Below, one piece after another: positions 50,969-61,574 of a stretch of DNA of 64,000 nt. The stretch covers positions 2,524,040-2,588,039 of the forward strand of contig OY760427.1 of assembly GCA_963663495.1 (NCBI GenBank), in the 5' to 3' direction. Numbering within the stretch: the stretch's first letter is position 1; each line of letters begins with the position of its first letter. Position numbers and translations under genes: made by a program. Source of the DNA: Rhodothermales bacterium (lineage in GTDB: Bacteria > Bacteroidota > Rhodothermia > Rhodothermales > Bin80). The notes under the pieces are model-generated. The model searched no databases. It saw only the letters and a program-made list of their open reading frames with translations, and was not told the DNA's origin.

Positions 50969-52270
50969 GTACCCCCGACTATGAACCTTTGGCTTGATGG
51001 ATGTTATGCCCGCAAAGGGTTGTAACAATTCTGCCCGCGTTTGTTCTGTCTATAGAACAATTGAATACCGGCTGCCTCCGGGGAGCAAGAGCAAGGGAAA
51101 GAAACTAGCCGGGATTGCTGGTGCTTGCAGGTTCGTGTGGAACGCCATACTGGCGCAGTGCATCCAGGGATACAAACGGGCAAATGAGTCGGGAGAGAAG
51201 CCTCCGTCCGTGAAGTACTTCTTCCCTCTTGGAAAACGGTTTAAAGAACTATGAGATCGCACCGAGTGGCTGCCGAAGTACTCGTTCAGCGTGGTGCGCT
51301 ATACGCTGAAGGTCCAACCCGACGCATGGAAGGCTTGCTTCAATCAAGGTAGGGCTAAACCGAAGTTCAAAGCCAAATACAGAAGCAATCCATCATTCAC
51401 CATTCCTGAAGCGGTCAAGATAAAGGATAGACGGATGTTCATCCCCAAGCTTGGATACCTGAAGATCCGACGTAAAGGAGGCAACCCGTATCCGGATGGG
51501 GTTCCTGTAAAAGCCGTGATTCTGCAACGGGTGGGCAAATGGTATGCCTGCACATGCTACAGGATTGAAGCACCTGAGATAGAAGACAATGGCGTTGCCA
51601 CAGGGATAGACCGTACCTGCGGACAGGTTGCCACCGTCTCCACCGATGGCAAGCGCGAGATCATACGGCAACCGGACGGTAAGCGTAATACGGCAAAACT
51701 GCACCGGTATCAACGGAAATCAGCCCGACAGCAGAAAGGATCCAACCGCAGATATCGCACTAAGAAGCGACTCTGGAAAGCTCACCGAGCGATTGCGATG
51801 ACCCGCAGGGATACCAATCACCAAGCAAGCCGGAGGATCGCGAATCGCTCTTCTACGGTTGTGCTGCCAGATCTTTATGTCGTGGCGATGACTTCATCTG
51901 CCAAAGGGACTGCTGACAATCCAGGCAAGAACGTCGCCCGGAAGGCAGGGCTGAACCGTAGCATTAATGCCACCGGATGGGGGCAGTTAGACGGGATGCT
52001 GCAGTACAAATGCCGGGAAGTGCTCAAGATCCCAGCCCCTTACACGAGTCAGGACTGCAACAACTGCGGTCGCCGGGACAAAGCGAATAGATTGACCCAA
52101 AGTAAATTCAAGTGTGTCTCATGTGGATACACCGACAATGCGGACCCTAACGCTGCCGCAAACATATTGGTCTCCGGGATTGGGGCGACTGCACGGCGAG
52201 GGGCGTTCGGGTTACCGACCCCATTGATCTGTGAAATTGATACGCGAGGGCACTCACGTAGATAATTCCC
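50952..52270 (+). mobile_element. Second TIR/TSD-bounded tnpB element
   Basis: Left end GGGGTTTATATGCCTGAGTA, right end CACTCACGTAGATAATTCCC. ATTGATAA is duplicated at 50944-50951 and 52271-52278. Confidence 0.9.
50994..52265 (+). pseudogene. tnpB: TnpB with an in-frame TGA (51252-51254) and RuvC-II E replaced by P
   Basis: ORFs 50994-51254 and 51291-52265 are in the same frame. Motifs GIDRT, LPDL (LEDL in the other copy), CNNC/CVSC, ADPNAA. Confidence 0.9.
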
Positions 52271-52294
52271 ATTGATAACCTAACCGGTACACTC

Positions 52295-53452
52295 TTGACC
52301 ACTGCACAAATTATTGCAGCCGAACAGGCGTGCCTGATCCCCACATACAGCAAGCTACCGCTAGCGCTTGTAGCGGGCGAGGGGCCATGGGTATGGGATG
52401 CAGACGGCAACCGCTATCTGGACTTTTACGGAGGACACTGCGTAGCGCTGCTGGGTCATTGCCCTCCACTTGTGACATCTATGCTGGAACGGCAAGCCAA
52501 TAAGCTGCTGTTCTACTCGAATGTGGTATATAGCGATGTCCGGGCTCGCGCCGCAGCGTCCCTGACACGCCTGGCCCCCTCCGGTCTGGATCGGGTCTTC
52601 TTCTGTAACTCCGGTACGGAGGCTGTGGAGACGGCTCTCAAGCTGGCTCGAACAACAACGGGCAGGCCGCACATTATCACAATGGAGGGCGACTTTCACG
52701 GCCGCACACTGGGTAGTTTGGCCACAACGTGGAATCCCGAATACCGCGCCCCGTTTCAGTCCCTGCTGTCTGAAGTATCGTTTGTGCCCTTTGGTGACCT
52801 GAATGCATTAACAGCAAGCATGGATGCACACGTGGCCGCCGTTTTTCTGGAGCCCATTCAAAGCATCGCGGGCATCCGAGAAGCGCCACCAGAATATTAC
52901 AGAGAGGCGCGGCGCCTCGCGGATGCGAACGGCTCACTCGTCATATTCGACGAAATTCAAACAGGTGTCGGACGCACCGGGAAGTTTTCTGTCGCTGAGC
53001 ACTACGGTATGGTACCGGACATCATCACGCTTGCAAAGAGCCTGGGCTCCGGCTTGCCTGTTGGTGCCACCCTCACGACGGAATCCATTGCCAATGGTGT
53101 ACAGCTTGGCGATCACGGCTCCACCTTCGGTGGCGGCATGATCGCCATGGCCGCCGTGGAAGCTACGTTGCAGGCAATTGAACAAGGCGACCTGATGGCC
53201 CGCGCAGCCCATATCTTTGATGCCATTGCGGCAGGCGTTGCTCCGCACATAACCGGGATTCTCGGTCGGGGCTGCCTTATCGGCCTCCAGTTCAAACAGC
53301 CGGCGTCCACTATTCTCACCGAACTGCGGTCCGAGGGCGTACTGGTGGGCGCATCGGCCGATCCCTGTGTGCTCCGGGTAATGCCACCAATCATTGCGAG
53401 TGATCAAAACGTAGCCTTTTTCGCGGACGCATTAGCTAAAGTGTGTACCTGA
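52295..53452 (+). CDS. argD: Acetylornithine/succinylornithine aminotransferase
   Basis: YLDFYGG, NSGTEAVE, FHGRTLG, FDEIQTG, AKSLGSG. Confidence 0.9.
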   Translation: MTTAQIIAAEQACLIPTYSKLPLALVAGEGPWVWDADGNRYLDFYGGHCVALLGHCPPLVTSMLERQANKLLFYSNVVYSDVRARAAASLTRLAPSGLDRVFFCNSGTEAVETALKLARTTTGRPHIITMEGDFHGRTLGSLATTWNPEYRAPFQSLLSEVSFVPFGDLNALTASMDAHVAAVFLEPIQSIAGIREAPPEYYREARRLADANGSLVIFDEIQTGVGRTGKFSVAEHYGMVPDIITLAKSLGSGLPVGATLTTESIANGVQLGDHGSTFGGGMIAMAAVEATLQAIEQGDLMARAAHIFDAIAAGVAPHITGILGRGCLIGLQFKQPASTILTELRSEGVLVGASADPCVLRVMPPIIASDQNVAFFADALAKVCT

Positions 53453-54459
53453 TGGACAAACTGCAGCACTTGTTGACATGGGCTGAGCGGAGCAATGCAG
53501 ATTGGGAGCACCACCTGCATGCTACGCAGTCGCACCGCGATACCCCGGGCATGCGCAAGAACCTGTCACGCTGTTTGGGGCTTGTCTTCTTTAACCCTTC
53601 GCTCCGCACACGCACATCCATGGAGGTTGCTGCAGCCCACTTGGGTGTGCATGTAACCACAATAATACCCGGTAGCGGGGCATGGCAGTTTGAGTGGCGA
53701 GACGGTGTAGTAATGGACGGAAAGGAGCCAGAGCATATTCGCGAGGCGATCGGCGTGCTGTCCCGCTACTATGATGCATTGGGCGTCCGCATTTTTGCTT
53801 CTGGTTCGGACCTCACAATGGACCGGAACGAAACGCTGTTTCGAGGCATCCTCGCATCTGCCGGCGTTCCTGTGATCAACTTGGAATCCGCTTTCTACCA
53901 CCCGTGCCAAGCGCTCGGGGATGCTGCTATGCTACGCGAGCATTTTGGCGGCGCAACTCGCGGACAGAAGCTTGTCATCGCCTGGTGTTACCACCCGAAG
54001 GCGTTACCTCTGGCGGTACCGCATTCCGCGCTACTCATGGCATCCCGCCTCGGCATGGATGTAACCATCGCACGTCCAGAGGGCTTTGACCTGGATGCGT
54101 CCGTAATGGACCGAGCAGGTGCGTTTGCCGAGGATAACGGCGGCAGTGTGAGCATATCAGCTGATTTGGCGGCGGCAGTGCGGGGGGCAAGCGTTCTGTA
54201 CGCCAAGGCATGGGGAGGCATGCGGCGCTATGCGGATGCCGACGGCGAGGCTATAGTGCGAGAACAGCACCGCCAATGGCGCGTCACCGAAGAACTTATG
54301 CAAACCATGAATGATGGCATCTTTGTGCACTGCCTGCCTGCTCGAAGAGGTGTTGTGGTGGACGACGATGTTCTGGATGGCCACCAAGCGCGCCACCTAC
54401 TACAGGCCGAGTATCGCCTGCACGCACAAAAGGCGATTCTTGACACGCTCCTGAGTTAG
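53452..54459 (+). CDS. argF: N-acyl(acetyl/succinyl)-ornithine carbamoyltransferase ArgF'
   Basis: FNPSLRTRTS (SLRT), HPCQAL, YHPKALP, HCLPARR. Confidence 0.88.
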   Translation: MDKLQHLLTWAERSNADWEHHLHATQSHRDTPGMRKNLSRCLGLVFFNPSLRTRTSMEVAAAHLGVHVTTIIPGSGAWQFEWRDGVVMDGKEPEHIREAIGVLSRYYDALGVRIFASGSDLTMDRNETLFRGILASAGVPVINLESAFYHPCQALGDAAMLREHFGGATRGQKLVIAWCYHPKALPLAVPHSALLMASRLGMDVTIARPEGFDLDASVMDRAGAFAEDNGGSVSISADLAAAVRGASVLYAKAWGGMRRYADADGEAIVREQHRQWRVTEELMQTMNDGIFVHCLPARRGVVVDDDVLDGHQARHLLQAEYRLHAQKAILDTLLS

Positions 54460-54460
54460 C

Positions 54461-55234
54461 ATGCTGCACACGACTGTCGTAAAGCTGGGCGGCGCAGTAA
54501 GCACCGGACCCACGTTCTGGAGACAGGTTCTACAGCTGTCGGCAACGCGCCGTATCGTGATCGTGCACGGCGGGGGTGCACAATCCACAAGAATGGCGCA
54601 CCGGCTGAACCACATCCCGAAAATGGTACACGGTCGCCGCATAACCGGAGATATTGACCTTGATATTGCACGGTGGGTGATGCGCGGGGCGGTCAATTTG
54701 GGGCTTGTCAGCGAGGCTCTAACGCATGGGATAAGGCCTGTAGGCCTGTCTGGCGTTGACGGCGGCATGGTACGTGTCACGCGCAGGCCCCCATGGACCA
54801 TTGATGGCGAGAAGATTGACTTCGGGTGGGTCGGCGATATCGACAAAGTCTGTACTGATGCGCTCACTGCGCTGATGGCCGGGGGATTCCTGCCTGTCAT
54901 TGCTCCACTGGGCGTTGATACGCTGGGGCAGATCTATAATGTAAATGCAGACACCGTGGCGGGGATGGTAGCAGAAGCGCTGGATGCACATACATTGCTC
55001 CTTGTCACCCCCTCCGGCGGTTTGCGCCGTAAGGCAAATGACCCGACTACTTTGGTTTCAACGTTCGCAGCAGTGGATTGGGACGAGGCACAACCGGGGG
55101 GATGGATTACAGATGGGATGCGGGTAAAGATGAGCGTAGCCGCGCGCGCTGCGGCCTCTGGCATAGAAGATGTATTCGTTCTGGGGCCCGATGATCTTGT
55201 TAACCGCGCAACCGCTACACGCGTCACACCATGA
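54461..55234 (+). CDS. argB: Acetylglutamate kinase
   Basis: VVKLGG, VHGGGAQ, NVNADTVA, GMRVK. Confidence 0.88.
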   Translation: MLHTTVVKLGGAVSTGPTFWRQVLQLSATRRIVIVHGGGAQSTRMAHRLNHIPKMVHGRRITGDIDLDIARWVMRGAVNLGLVSEALTHGIRPVGLSGVDGGMVRVTRRPPWTIDGEKIDFGWVGDIDKVCTDALTALMAGGFLPVIAPLGVDTLGQIYNVNADTVAGMVAEALDAHTLLLVTPSGGLRRKANDPTTLVSTFAAVDWDEAQPGGWITDGMRVKMSVAARAAASGIEDVFVLGPDDLVNRATATRVTP

Positions 55235-56334
55235 GTGGCCGCATCCTATCCGTTGTAGACTTTCTCAGGGAGCTCGTGCGGTTTCCGTCGTTGAGCCTTG
55301 AGGAGGAGTCCGTGGCGACGTATGTCGCATCCTATGTGGAGGATGCAGGGCTCACGGTACATCGCTATCAAAACAATATTTGGTTTGGTCTCGGGACCGG
55401 TCGGAGGCGCCTGCTCCTGGCCTCTCACCTTGATGTTGTGCCCCCCTCCGCGGGCCATCCCTATGATCCTTTTGATCCTGTCATAGATAAGGATTGCATC
55501 TTCGGGCGCGGGTCAGTGGATGCTAAAGGGTGCGGAGCCGCCATGACGACGGCACTGCTGCAACTGTATAAGGAAGGATATTATCCGGCGGAAGGTACCG
55601 TGATGGTTGCGCTGACAGCCTGTGAGGAGAGTCATCCCGAACTCAACGGGCTCCGCCAAATTCGGCCGCGGCTACCGCGCCTGAGTGCAGCGCTGGTAGG
55701 TGAGCCTACAAACATCACTCCCGTTGTCGCGCAAAAGGGGTTACTGGTCTTGAAGGCAATTGCCAGAGGGCGCAGTGCGCATGCTGCACGTGCTGCCCTC
55801 GGGGACAATGCCATTCTCAAAGCTGCGAGGGATATACAGCTGTTGACCGAATATTCCTTTGAGGGTGAGGATCCCGTACTTGGCCTACCGACCTTGGAAG
55901 TTACGACTATACATGGAGGCACTGCCAATAACGTGGTCCCCGATACCTGCACGTTTGAGATTGATATCCGCTCTACTCCCGCGTATACACACAGAGGGAT
56001 TGTCAAGAATCTGCGGGCTCAGCTGGAGTCCGAGGTGGCGGTCCATAGTCAGCGGATTATCCCGGTCAGCACCGCAATTAACGAGGACATTGTACAGGCG
56101 TGCCTCACCGCAATTCGCGGATCGGAACCCCTCGGATCCCCGACAGCGAGCGATTGGATCTACCTGTCTGACGTTCCTGCAGTCAAGATTGGCCCGGGCA
56201 GCAGTGCGCTATCCCACACGGCGATGGAGCACATGCCGATATCAGAGCTGGAGGAATCGGTTACTGCGTACAAGGACATAATCAAGGCGTATTTTGCCCG
56301 GCATGCGGGGCGCATGCCGGCAGCGTCAGACTGA
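55231..56334 (+). CDS. argE: M20 acyl-ornithine deacylase
   Basis: SHLDVVP, GRGSVDAKG, ACEE, VGEPT, SAHAA, GPG...HT. Confidence 0.82.
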   Translation: MSGRILSVVDFLRELVRFPSLSLEEESVATYVASYVEDAGLTVHRYQNNIWFGLGTGRRRLLLASHLDVVPPSAGHPYDPFDPVIDKDCIFGRGSVDAKGCGAAMTTALLQLYKEGYYPAEGTVMVALTACEESHPELNGLRQIRPRLPRLSAALVGEPTNITPVVAQKGLLVLKAIARGRSAHAARAALGDNAILKAARDIQLLTEYSFEGEDPVLGLPTLEVTTIHGGTANNVVPDTCTFEIDIRSTPAYTHRGIVKNLRAQLESEVAVHSQRIIPVSTAINEDIVQACLTAIRGSEPLGSPTASDWIYLSDVPAVKIGPGSSALSHTAMEHMPISELEESVTAYKDIIKAYFARHAGRMPAASD

Positions 56335-56457
56335 CTGGCGGCTGCCCCGCGTACTGAATCTCTGCTTCATCGGCAGGTGTGGATGCGCTTCCACCGGGAA
56401 CAGCACGCCTACCGCACATGGGAGGCGGCACTGCGATCGCGCGTTATTCCACTAGCT

Positions 56458-58062
56458 TCACCCCGCGGCGGCAATGGCAGAAGCGTTGGTCTCACGGCGG
56501 CGCACAAGGAAATAGCGGATACCATCCGATAGTGCCTGCCAGCTGGCCTCCAATATGTTGGGCGAAACCCCAACGGTATTCCAAGTGCTCTCGCCTCTGG
56601 TATCGCTGTGTTCAATCAACACCCTTACCACGGCCTCGGTGGCATCCTGCGGGCTGAGCACCCGCACCTTGTAATCCACGAGGCGAATATGCTCCATTTC
56701 CGGGTAAGACCGGCACAATGCCTTGTGCAGCGCCTTGGACAGCGCGTCAACGGGACCGACGCCCTCGGCCACCGCCAGTTCGCGGTGGCCGTCCACCTTG
56801 ATAGCAACCGTGGCTTGGGACCAGTCAAGACTATCCTGGACCCGTTCGCTATGCACATGTACGCGATCCAGTGTGAACATCTCGGTTTGCTCCCCCTGAA
56901 CGCTCCGCAATAGCAATTCGAACGATGCCTCAGCCCCCTGAAACTCGTATCCGCAGCTTTCCAGCTCCTTGATTCGCTTGACAGCCCGCCGTGCCTCGTC
57001 GCGATTACCCAGCTCAAGCCCCATCTCGCGGGCCTTGTAGCGCACATTCGATCGGCCGGAGAGGTCGGATACCAATACACGGCGTTTATTACCGACAAGA
57101 GAGGGCTCCAGGTGTTCGTATGCCCGAGGTTCTTTCATCACCGCAGAGACATGTATCCCCCCTTTGTGCGCAAACGCGCTACGTCCAACAAACGGAGCCC
57201 GATCAAGGGGCACAAGGTTTGCTACCTCGTTTACGAATAGAGAGAGGTCAGCCAGCTTGGCCAAGGCAGTTTGCGTGACGCAGTCAAAACCCATCTTGAG
57301 CTGCAGGCACGCTATCGCCGCACAAAGGTCTACATTGCCCGTTCGCTCGCCAATGCCGTTGATGGTGCCCTGCACATGGCGCGCCCCCGCTTCCACCGCT
57401 GCCAGCGTATTTGCGACGCCGCAGCCGCTGTCGTTATGGGCATGTATTCCGATCACGCCATCAAACGCTGCACACACATCGGAAACCATCGCCAATATGT
57501 CGCTTGGTAATGTACCACCGTTTGTATCACACAGAGCCAGCACATCCGCACCTGCCTCGGCAGCCGCCTGCAGGGTGGCGTGCGCATATTCCTTATCCGC
57601 CTTGCACCCGTCAAAAAAATGCTCCGCGTCATAAATCACGCGTCGTCCCTTGCTTCGCAGGTAAGCAATGCTGGAGAAAATCATGTCAAGGTTCTGGTCG
57701 CGCGTCACACCAAGCGCGCGTTCCACATGCAATGTCCAACTCTTCCCGAACAACGAAACCGTGCCGGTCCCCGCTGCCAGCATAGCCTTAATATTGGGGT
57801 CATCCTCTACAGTCCGGTCAGAGCGCCGCGTAGATCCAAACGCGCAGATGTCGGCGTGCGACCATCGCCGCGTACGCGCACTCTCGAAAAATGCATGATC
57901 CTTGGGGTTGGAACCCGGCCACCCTCCCTCAATAACGTCAATACCAAAAGCGTCAAGCCGCTGGGCTATGCGGACTTTGTCACGGACAGACATGGTGACG
58001 TGTTCACCTTGGGTACCATCACGGAGCGTTGTGTCAAAGAGTTCTATCGCAGGGCTAGGCAT
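56458..58062 (-). CDS. cimA: Citramalate synthase
   Basis: DTTLRDGTQGE, IEGGWPGSNPKD, YDAEHFFDG, SAFAHKGGIH, VSDLSGRSN. Confidence 0.9.
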   Translation of the reverse strand: MPSPAIELFDTTLRDGTQGEHVTMSVRDKVRIAQRLDAFGIDVIEGGWPGSNPKDHAFFESARTRRWSHADICAFGSTRRSDRTVEDDPNIKAMLAAGTGTVSLFGKSWTLHVERALGVTRDQNLDMIFSSIAYLRSKGRRVIYDAEHFFDGCKADKEYAHATLQAAAEAGADVLALCDTNGGTLPSDILAMVSDVCAAFDGVIGIHAHNDSGCGVANTLAAVEAGARHVQGTINGIGERTGNVDLCAAIACLQLKMGFDCVTQTALAKLADLSLFVNEVANLVPLDRAPFVGRSAFAHKGGIHVSAVMKEPRAYEHLEPSLVGNKRRVLVSDLSGRSNVRYKAREMGLELGNRDEARRAVKRIKELESCGYEFQGAEASFELLLRSVQGEQTEMFTLDRVHVHSERVQDSLDWSQATVAIKVDGHRELAVAEGVGPVDALSKALHKALCRSYPEMEHIRLVDYKVRVLSPQDATEAVVRVLIEHSDTRGESTWNTVGVSPNILEASWQALSDGIRYFLVRRRETNASAIAAAG

Positions 58063-58074
58063 AATGCGTGGAAT

Positions 58075-58638
58075 TTAGGTGGCAATAAGCCCGGACTGCC
58101 GGGCGTATTCAAACACGTTGCCAGCCCGCAAGATATCCGCCACATCTCCCAGAGGCCGGAGCAGGTGTTCTTCTCCAGTTGTCTTGTTTACTAGTAATCC
58201 CAACTTAGTGTCTATTGAAACAATATCTCCAGTGCGAACGCGATCGTTAACGCGCTCCTGGGACTCAAACGGAACCAGGAACCCACCATCCACCGCGTTC
58301 CTATAAAAAATGCGTGCGTAGCTCGTTGCCACTACAGCCTTGCCGCCGGCTTCCGCCAACGCAAACGGAGCATGTTCTCGACTGGAGCCGCACCCAAAAT
58401 TGCTGCCTGCGATGACGATGGTATACTCTGATTGATAGGCGTCCGAGCGCGTGAACGGCAGGCTACCAAATGGTAGTCCCTGACCAGTGTCAGGAATCCC
58501 GCTCATCGCAAAACGGCCATACATACGGCGCTCCTCTGGCCTGCGCAAACTGTACACCAGATGTTCCGCAGGGATGATCTGGTCTGTATCTATGGCATCG
58601 CCTACTACATAGGCTTTCCCTTCCATCATTGCTTCCAT
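58075..58638 (-). CDS. leuD: 3-isopropylmalate dehydratase small subunit
   Basis: IDTDQIIP, NFGCGSSREHA, ARIFYRN. Confidence 0.9.
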   Translation of the reverse strand: MEAMMEGKAYVVGDAIDTDQIIPAEHLVYSLRRPEERRMYGRFAMSGIPDTGQGLPFGSLPFTRSDAYQSEYTIVIAGSNFGCGSSREHAPFALAEAGGKAVVATSYARIFYRNAVDGGFLVPFESQERVNDRVRTGDIVSIDTKLGLLVNKTTGEEHLLRPLGDVADILRAGNVFEYARQSGLIAT

Positions 58639-58641
58639 TGC

Positions 58642-59934
58642 CTATACCAGAACTGTTCGTGGATCAGTAATTACACCGGACAGCGACGATGCAGCCACCG
58701 TAAGAGGTGAAGCCAGGTAGACGGAGGCCTGCTTGGAGCCCATCCTGCCCGGAAAATTTCTATTGGTCGTCGAAATGACGACCTCCGTACCCATGTTGCG
58801 CCCGAACGTATCTGGAGGGCCGCCCAGGCACGCTGCGCAGCTGGCGTTGCCCAGCTTGCATCCCGCCTGCTCAAAGATGTCATACAAAGACATGCCATCC
58901 ACATGCGTGGAATGCAGCGCGCGCCCGATCTCTGTAGTAGCAGGAACGATGAAGGTATCAATAGCCACCTCATTGCCTTTGATTATGCCGGCGGCGGCCT
59001 CAAAATCCTCCAGCTTGCCCCCGGTACAACTGCCCACATAGGCCCTATCAAGGCGGGTTCCAGCGACTTCGGTCACCATCGCTCTGTTGTCCGGGCGGTG
59101 CGGTTTGGCGACCACAGGCTCAAGCTTGGAAACATCGTACACATACTCGGAATGGAATCGTGCCGATTGCCCGCTCCTTACAATTTCGAAGGACGCATCC
59201 GTCCGTTCCCGAACGTATGCCATCGTAACATCATCGGGCGCAATAACACCGTTCTTGCCGCCAGCCTCTATAGCCATGTTGGTCAGCGTCATACGCTCCT
59301 GCATGTTAAGACTGTACACCGCCTCACCATCGAATTCCATCGCCCGGTACGTCGCGCCATCACAGCCAATCTCCCCTATGACGGCAAGAATCAGATCTTT
59401 AGCCATAAGGTATGGCGGCAACGCACCATCAAAGACAAAACGCATCGTCTCAGGAACCTTTAACCAAATCTTACCGGTACCCATAATCAGCGCCGCGTCG
59501 GTATTGCCCACGCCGGTAGAGAACAGCCCAAAGGCGCCTGATGTACAGGTATGGCTGTCGGTTCCGATGAGAAGCGATCCTGGGCGGTTAAAGCCTTCTT
59601 CCGCAAGAGCTATATGACAAACACCCTTGTACCGTGGAGTGCCCACATCATAAAAATGTGGCAGGCTCTGGTCCGCTGCAAACTCCCGTAACAGCCGGAC
59701 ATTGCGGTTCGCGTGGTGGTTTGCGGTAAAAATGTAGTGGTCCGGTAACACGACGAGCTTCTCGGGATCCCATACGCGCGCATCCTGGCCAAACTCCCGT
59801 CGAAAAATGTCAATCGTGGGTGGACCGCAGACATCGTGCGTCATGAGGATATCAACATCCACCCAGATGCTGTCACCTGGTGCCACCCGTTTTCGGCCTG
59901 CGTGTTTCGCGAGAATTTTTTCCGTGATTGTCAT
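58642..59934 (-). CDS. leuC: 3-isopropylmalate dehydratase large subunit (short, homoaconitase-like type)
   Basis: MTITEKIL, DSHTCTSG, GSCTGG, SCAACLG, TNRNFPGRMG. Confidence 0.9.
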   Translation of the reverse strand: MTITEKILAKHAGRKRVAPGDSIWVDVDILMTHDVCGPPTIDIFRREFGQDARVWDPEKLVVLPDHYIFTANHHANRNVRLLREFAADQSLPHFYDVGTPRYKGVCHIALAEEGFNRPGSLLIGTDSHTCTSGAFGLFSTGVGNTDAALIMGTGKIWLKVPETMRFVFDGALPPYLMAKDLILAVIGEIGCDGATYRAMEFDGEAVYSLNMQERMTLTNMAIEAGGKNGVIAPDDVTMAYVRERTDASFEIVRSGQSARFHSEYVYDVSKLEPVVAKPHRPDNRAMVTEVAGTRLDRAYVGSCTGGKLEDFEAAAGIIKGNEVAIDTFIVPATTEIGRALHSTHVDGMSLYDIFEQAGCKLGNASCAACLGGPPDTFGRNMGTEVVISTTNRNFPGRMGSKQASVYLASPLTVAASSLSGVITDPRTVLV

Positions 59935-59935
59935 G

Positions 59936-61549
59936 CTATTCCATACCTCCTTCGAACGACTGTATGATACCGCCGCCGACAAATTCTACGCTCTTGCGAT
60001 CCGACCGGAATGATTCCAGTTGGTTCAATGCTTCAATGTAAGCATCTGCTGACGCCTTGAGAACATCGGTGCTGCGCGCTACACCGCGAAAAAAGGCTCC
60101 ACCATCCTCCACGAGCACCGTAACCTCTCCCATGGCGTCCTTGCCCTCGGTCACAGATCGAATGGCGTAGCTGTTGAGGTCATGGTGACTACCGGTTGCC
60201 TGGTCAATTGCCTTATATATGGCATTTACCGGACCATCGCCGGCGGCAACTTCCTTGCAGGTCGTACCGAGGCCATAATGAAACACCAGAACCTCCGCCC
60301 TTGGCCTGCGAGCGGTACCGCACGAGACATGCATCTGATCCAAGCGGTAGTAGGTCCGTTCCGGCTTGCCTTCGGCCTCGCGAACCAAGTGTACGAGGTC
60401 TTCGTCAGATATCTCCTTCTTGCGGTCCGCGAGCTCCACAAACGAGCTGTAAATCTCTTCGCGGCCATCGTCACTGACATTAATGCCCATCTTGGTCAAC
60501 CGGCTGAAGAGCCCGCGCCGGCCGCTGTGCCTGCCTAGACGGATTCTTTCAGCCCGCTGCCCGACATCCTCAGCACGCATGATCTCATATGTCTCACGGC
60601 TTTGCAGCACACCGTGCTGATGAATGCCGGCCTCATGGCTAAAGGCATTACCTCCCACCACCGCCTTGTTCGGCGGGACAGAAAATCCAGTTGCTACGGA
60701 TACCATCCTGCTTGTTTCCGTCAGGAGGGGTGTCTCTACGTTAGTATGCGCATCAAACCGAGCACCGCGCACCGCAAGTGCCATCACGACCTCCTCCAAC
60801 GATGCGTTACCTGCACGCTCTCCGATGCCATTTACCGTGCATTCCACTTGCCGGGCACCGCCCACAATTCCTGCAAGCGAGTTTGCAACCGCAAGGCCCA
60901 AGTCGTCGTGGCAGTGCGTAGAGAGCACCACATCGCTCCCGATACCACAGCGCTTCGTCACAGTCTTGAAGATTTCGGCGTATTCCTTCGGGAGGCAGTA
61001 CCCGGTTGTATCCGGGATATTTATCGTAGTGGCTCCGGCCTCCACCGCCACCGCTACCGCCTCACACAGAAAACCGATATCCGTTCTGCCGGCATCCTCG
61101 GCGCTAAACTCCACATCGTCCGTGACAGCCCTCGCCATACGTACCGACTCGTCAGCCATGCGAAGGATCGTCTGCCGCTTTTCTACCAAGCTCTGGCCGA
61201 ACCTGCTGTCAGCAAACTTGGCCATGAGGTGAATATCACTCGTAGCGACAAAAGTATGGATCCTCTTTTTGGAACCCGTACACAATGCCTCTGCGGCGGC
61301 CTGAATGTCGCCGGGTACCGTACGAGCAAGCGCACAGATTACGGGGCCTTCCACATCAGACGCAATACGCTGCACCGCTTCGAACTGTGTCGGCGACGAA
61401 ACCGGGAAGCCGGCCTCAATGATGTCCACGCGTAAAGCTGCCAATTGCTTCGCGATTCGCAGCTTCTCTCCAAGCGTCATTGCCGCACCCGGGGCCTGTT
61501 CCCCGTCGCGCAGCGTCGTATCAAATATCAGGACTTGCCTGCCTGCCAT
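59936..61549 (-). CDS. leuA: 2-isopropylmalate synthase
   Basis: DTTLRDGEQ, EAGFP, PDTTG, HCHDDLG, NGIGERAGN, HEAGIHQHG. Confidence 0.95.
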   Translation of the reverse strand: MAGRQVLIFDTTLRDGEQAPGAAMTLGEKLRIAKQLAALRVDIIEAGFPVSSPTQFEAVQRIASDVEGPVICALARTVPGDIQAAAEALCTGSKKRIHTFVATSDIHLMAKFADSRFGQSLVEKRQTILRMADESVRMARAVTDDVEFSAEDAGRTDIGFLCEAVAVAVEAGATTINIPDTTGYCLPKEYAEIFKTVTKRCGIGSDVVLSTHCHDDLGLAVANSLAGIVGGARQVECTVNGIGERAGNASLEEVVMALAVRGARFDAHTNVETPLLTETSRMVSVATGFSVPPNKAVVGGNAFSHEAGIHQHGVLQSRETYEIMRAEDVGQRAERIRLGRHSGRRGLFSRLTKMGINVSDDGREEIYSSFVELADRKKEISDEDLVHLVREAEGKPERTYYRLDQMHVSCGTARRPRAEVLVFHYGLGTTCKEVAAGDGPVNAIYKAIDQATGSHHDLNSYAIRSVTEGKDAMGEVTVLVEDGGAFFRGVARSTDVLKASADAYIEALNQLESFRSDRKSVEFVGGGIIQSFEGGME

Positions 61550-61574
61550 GCCGGCTTCCAGTTTGGTTTAGGAA

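Noticed and set aside
50952-52270. Interpretation as ordinary IS200/IS605 or IS607 insertions
   Set aside because: No tnpA is present, and both complete copies have TIRs and perfect 8-bp TSDs, which those families do not generate.
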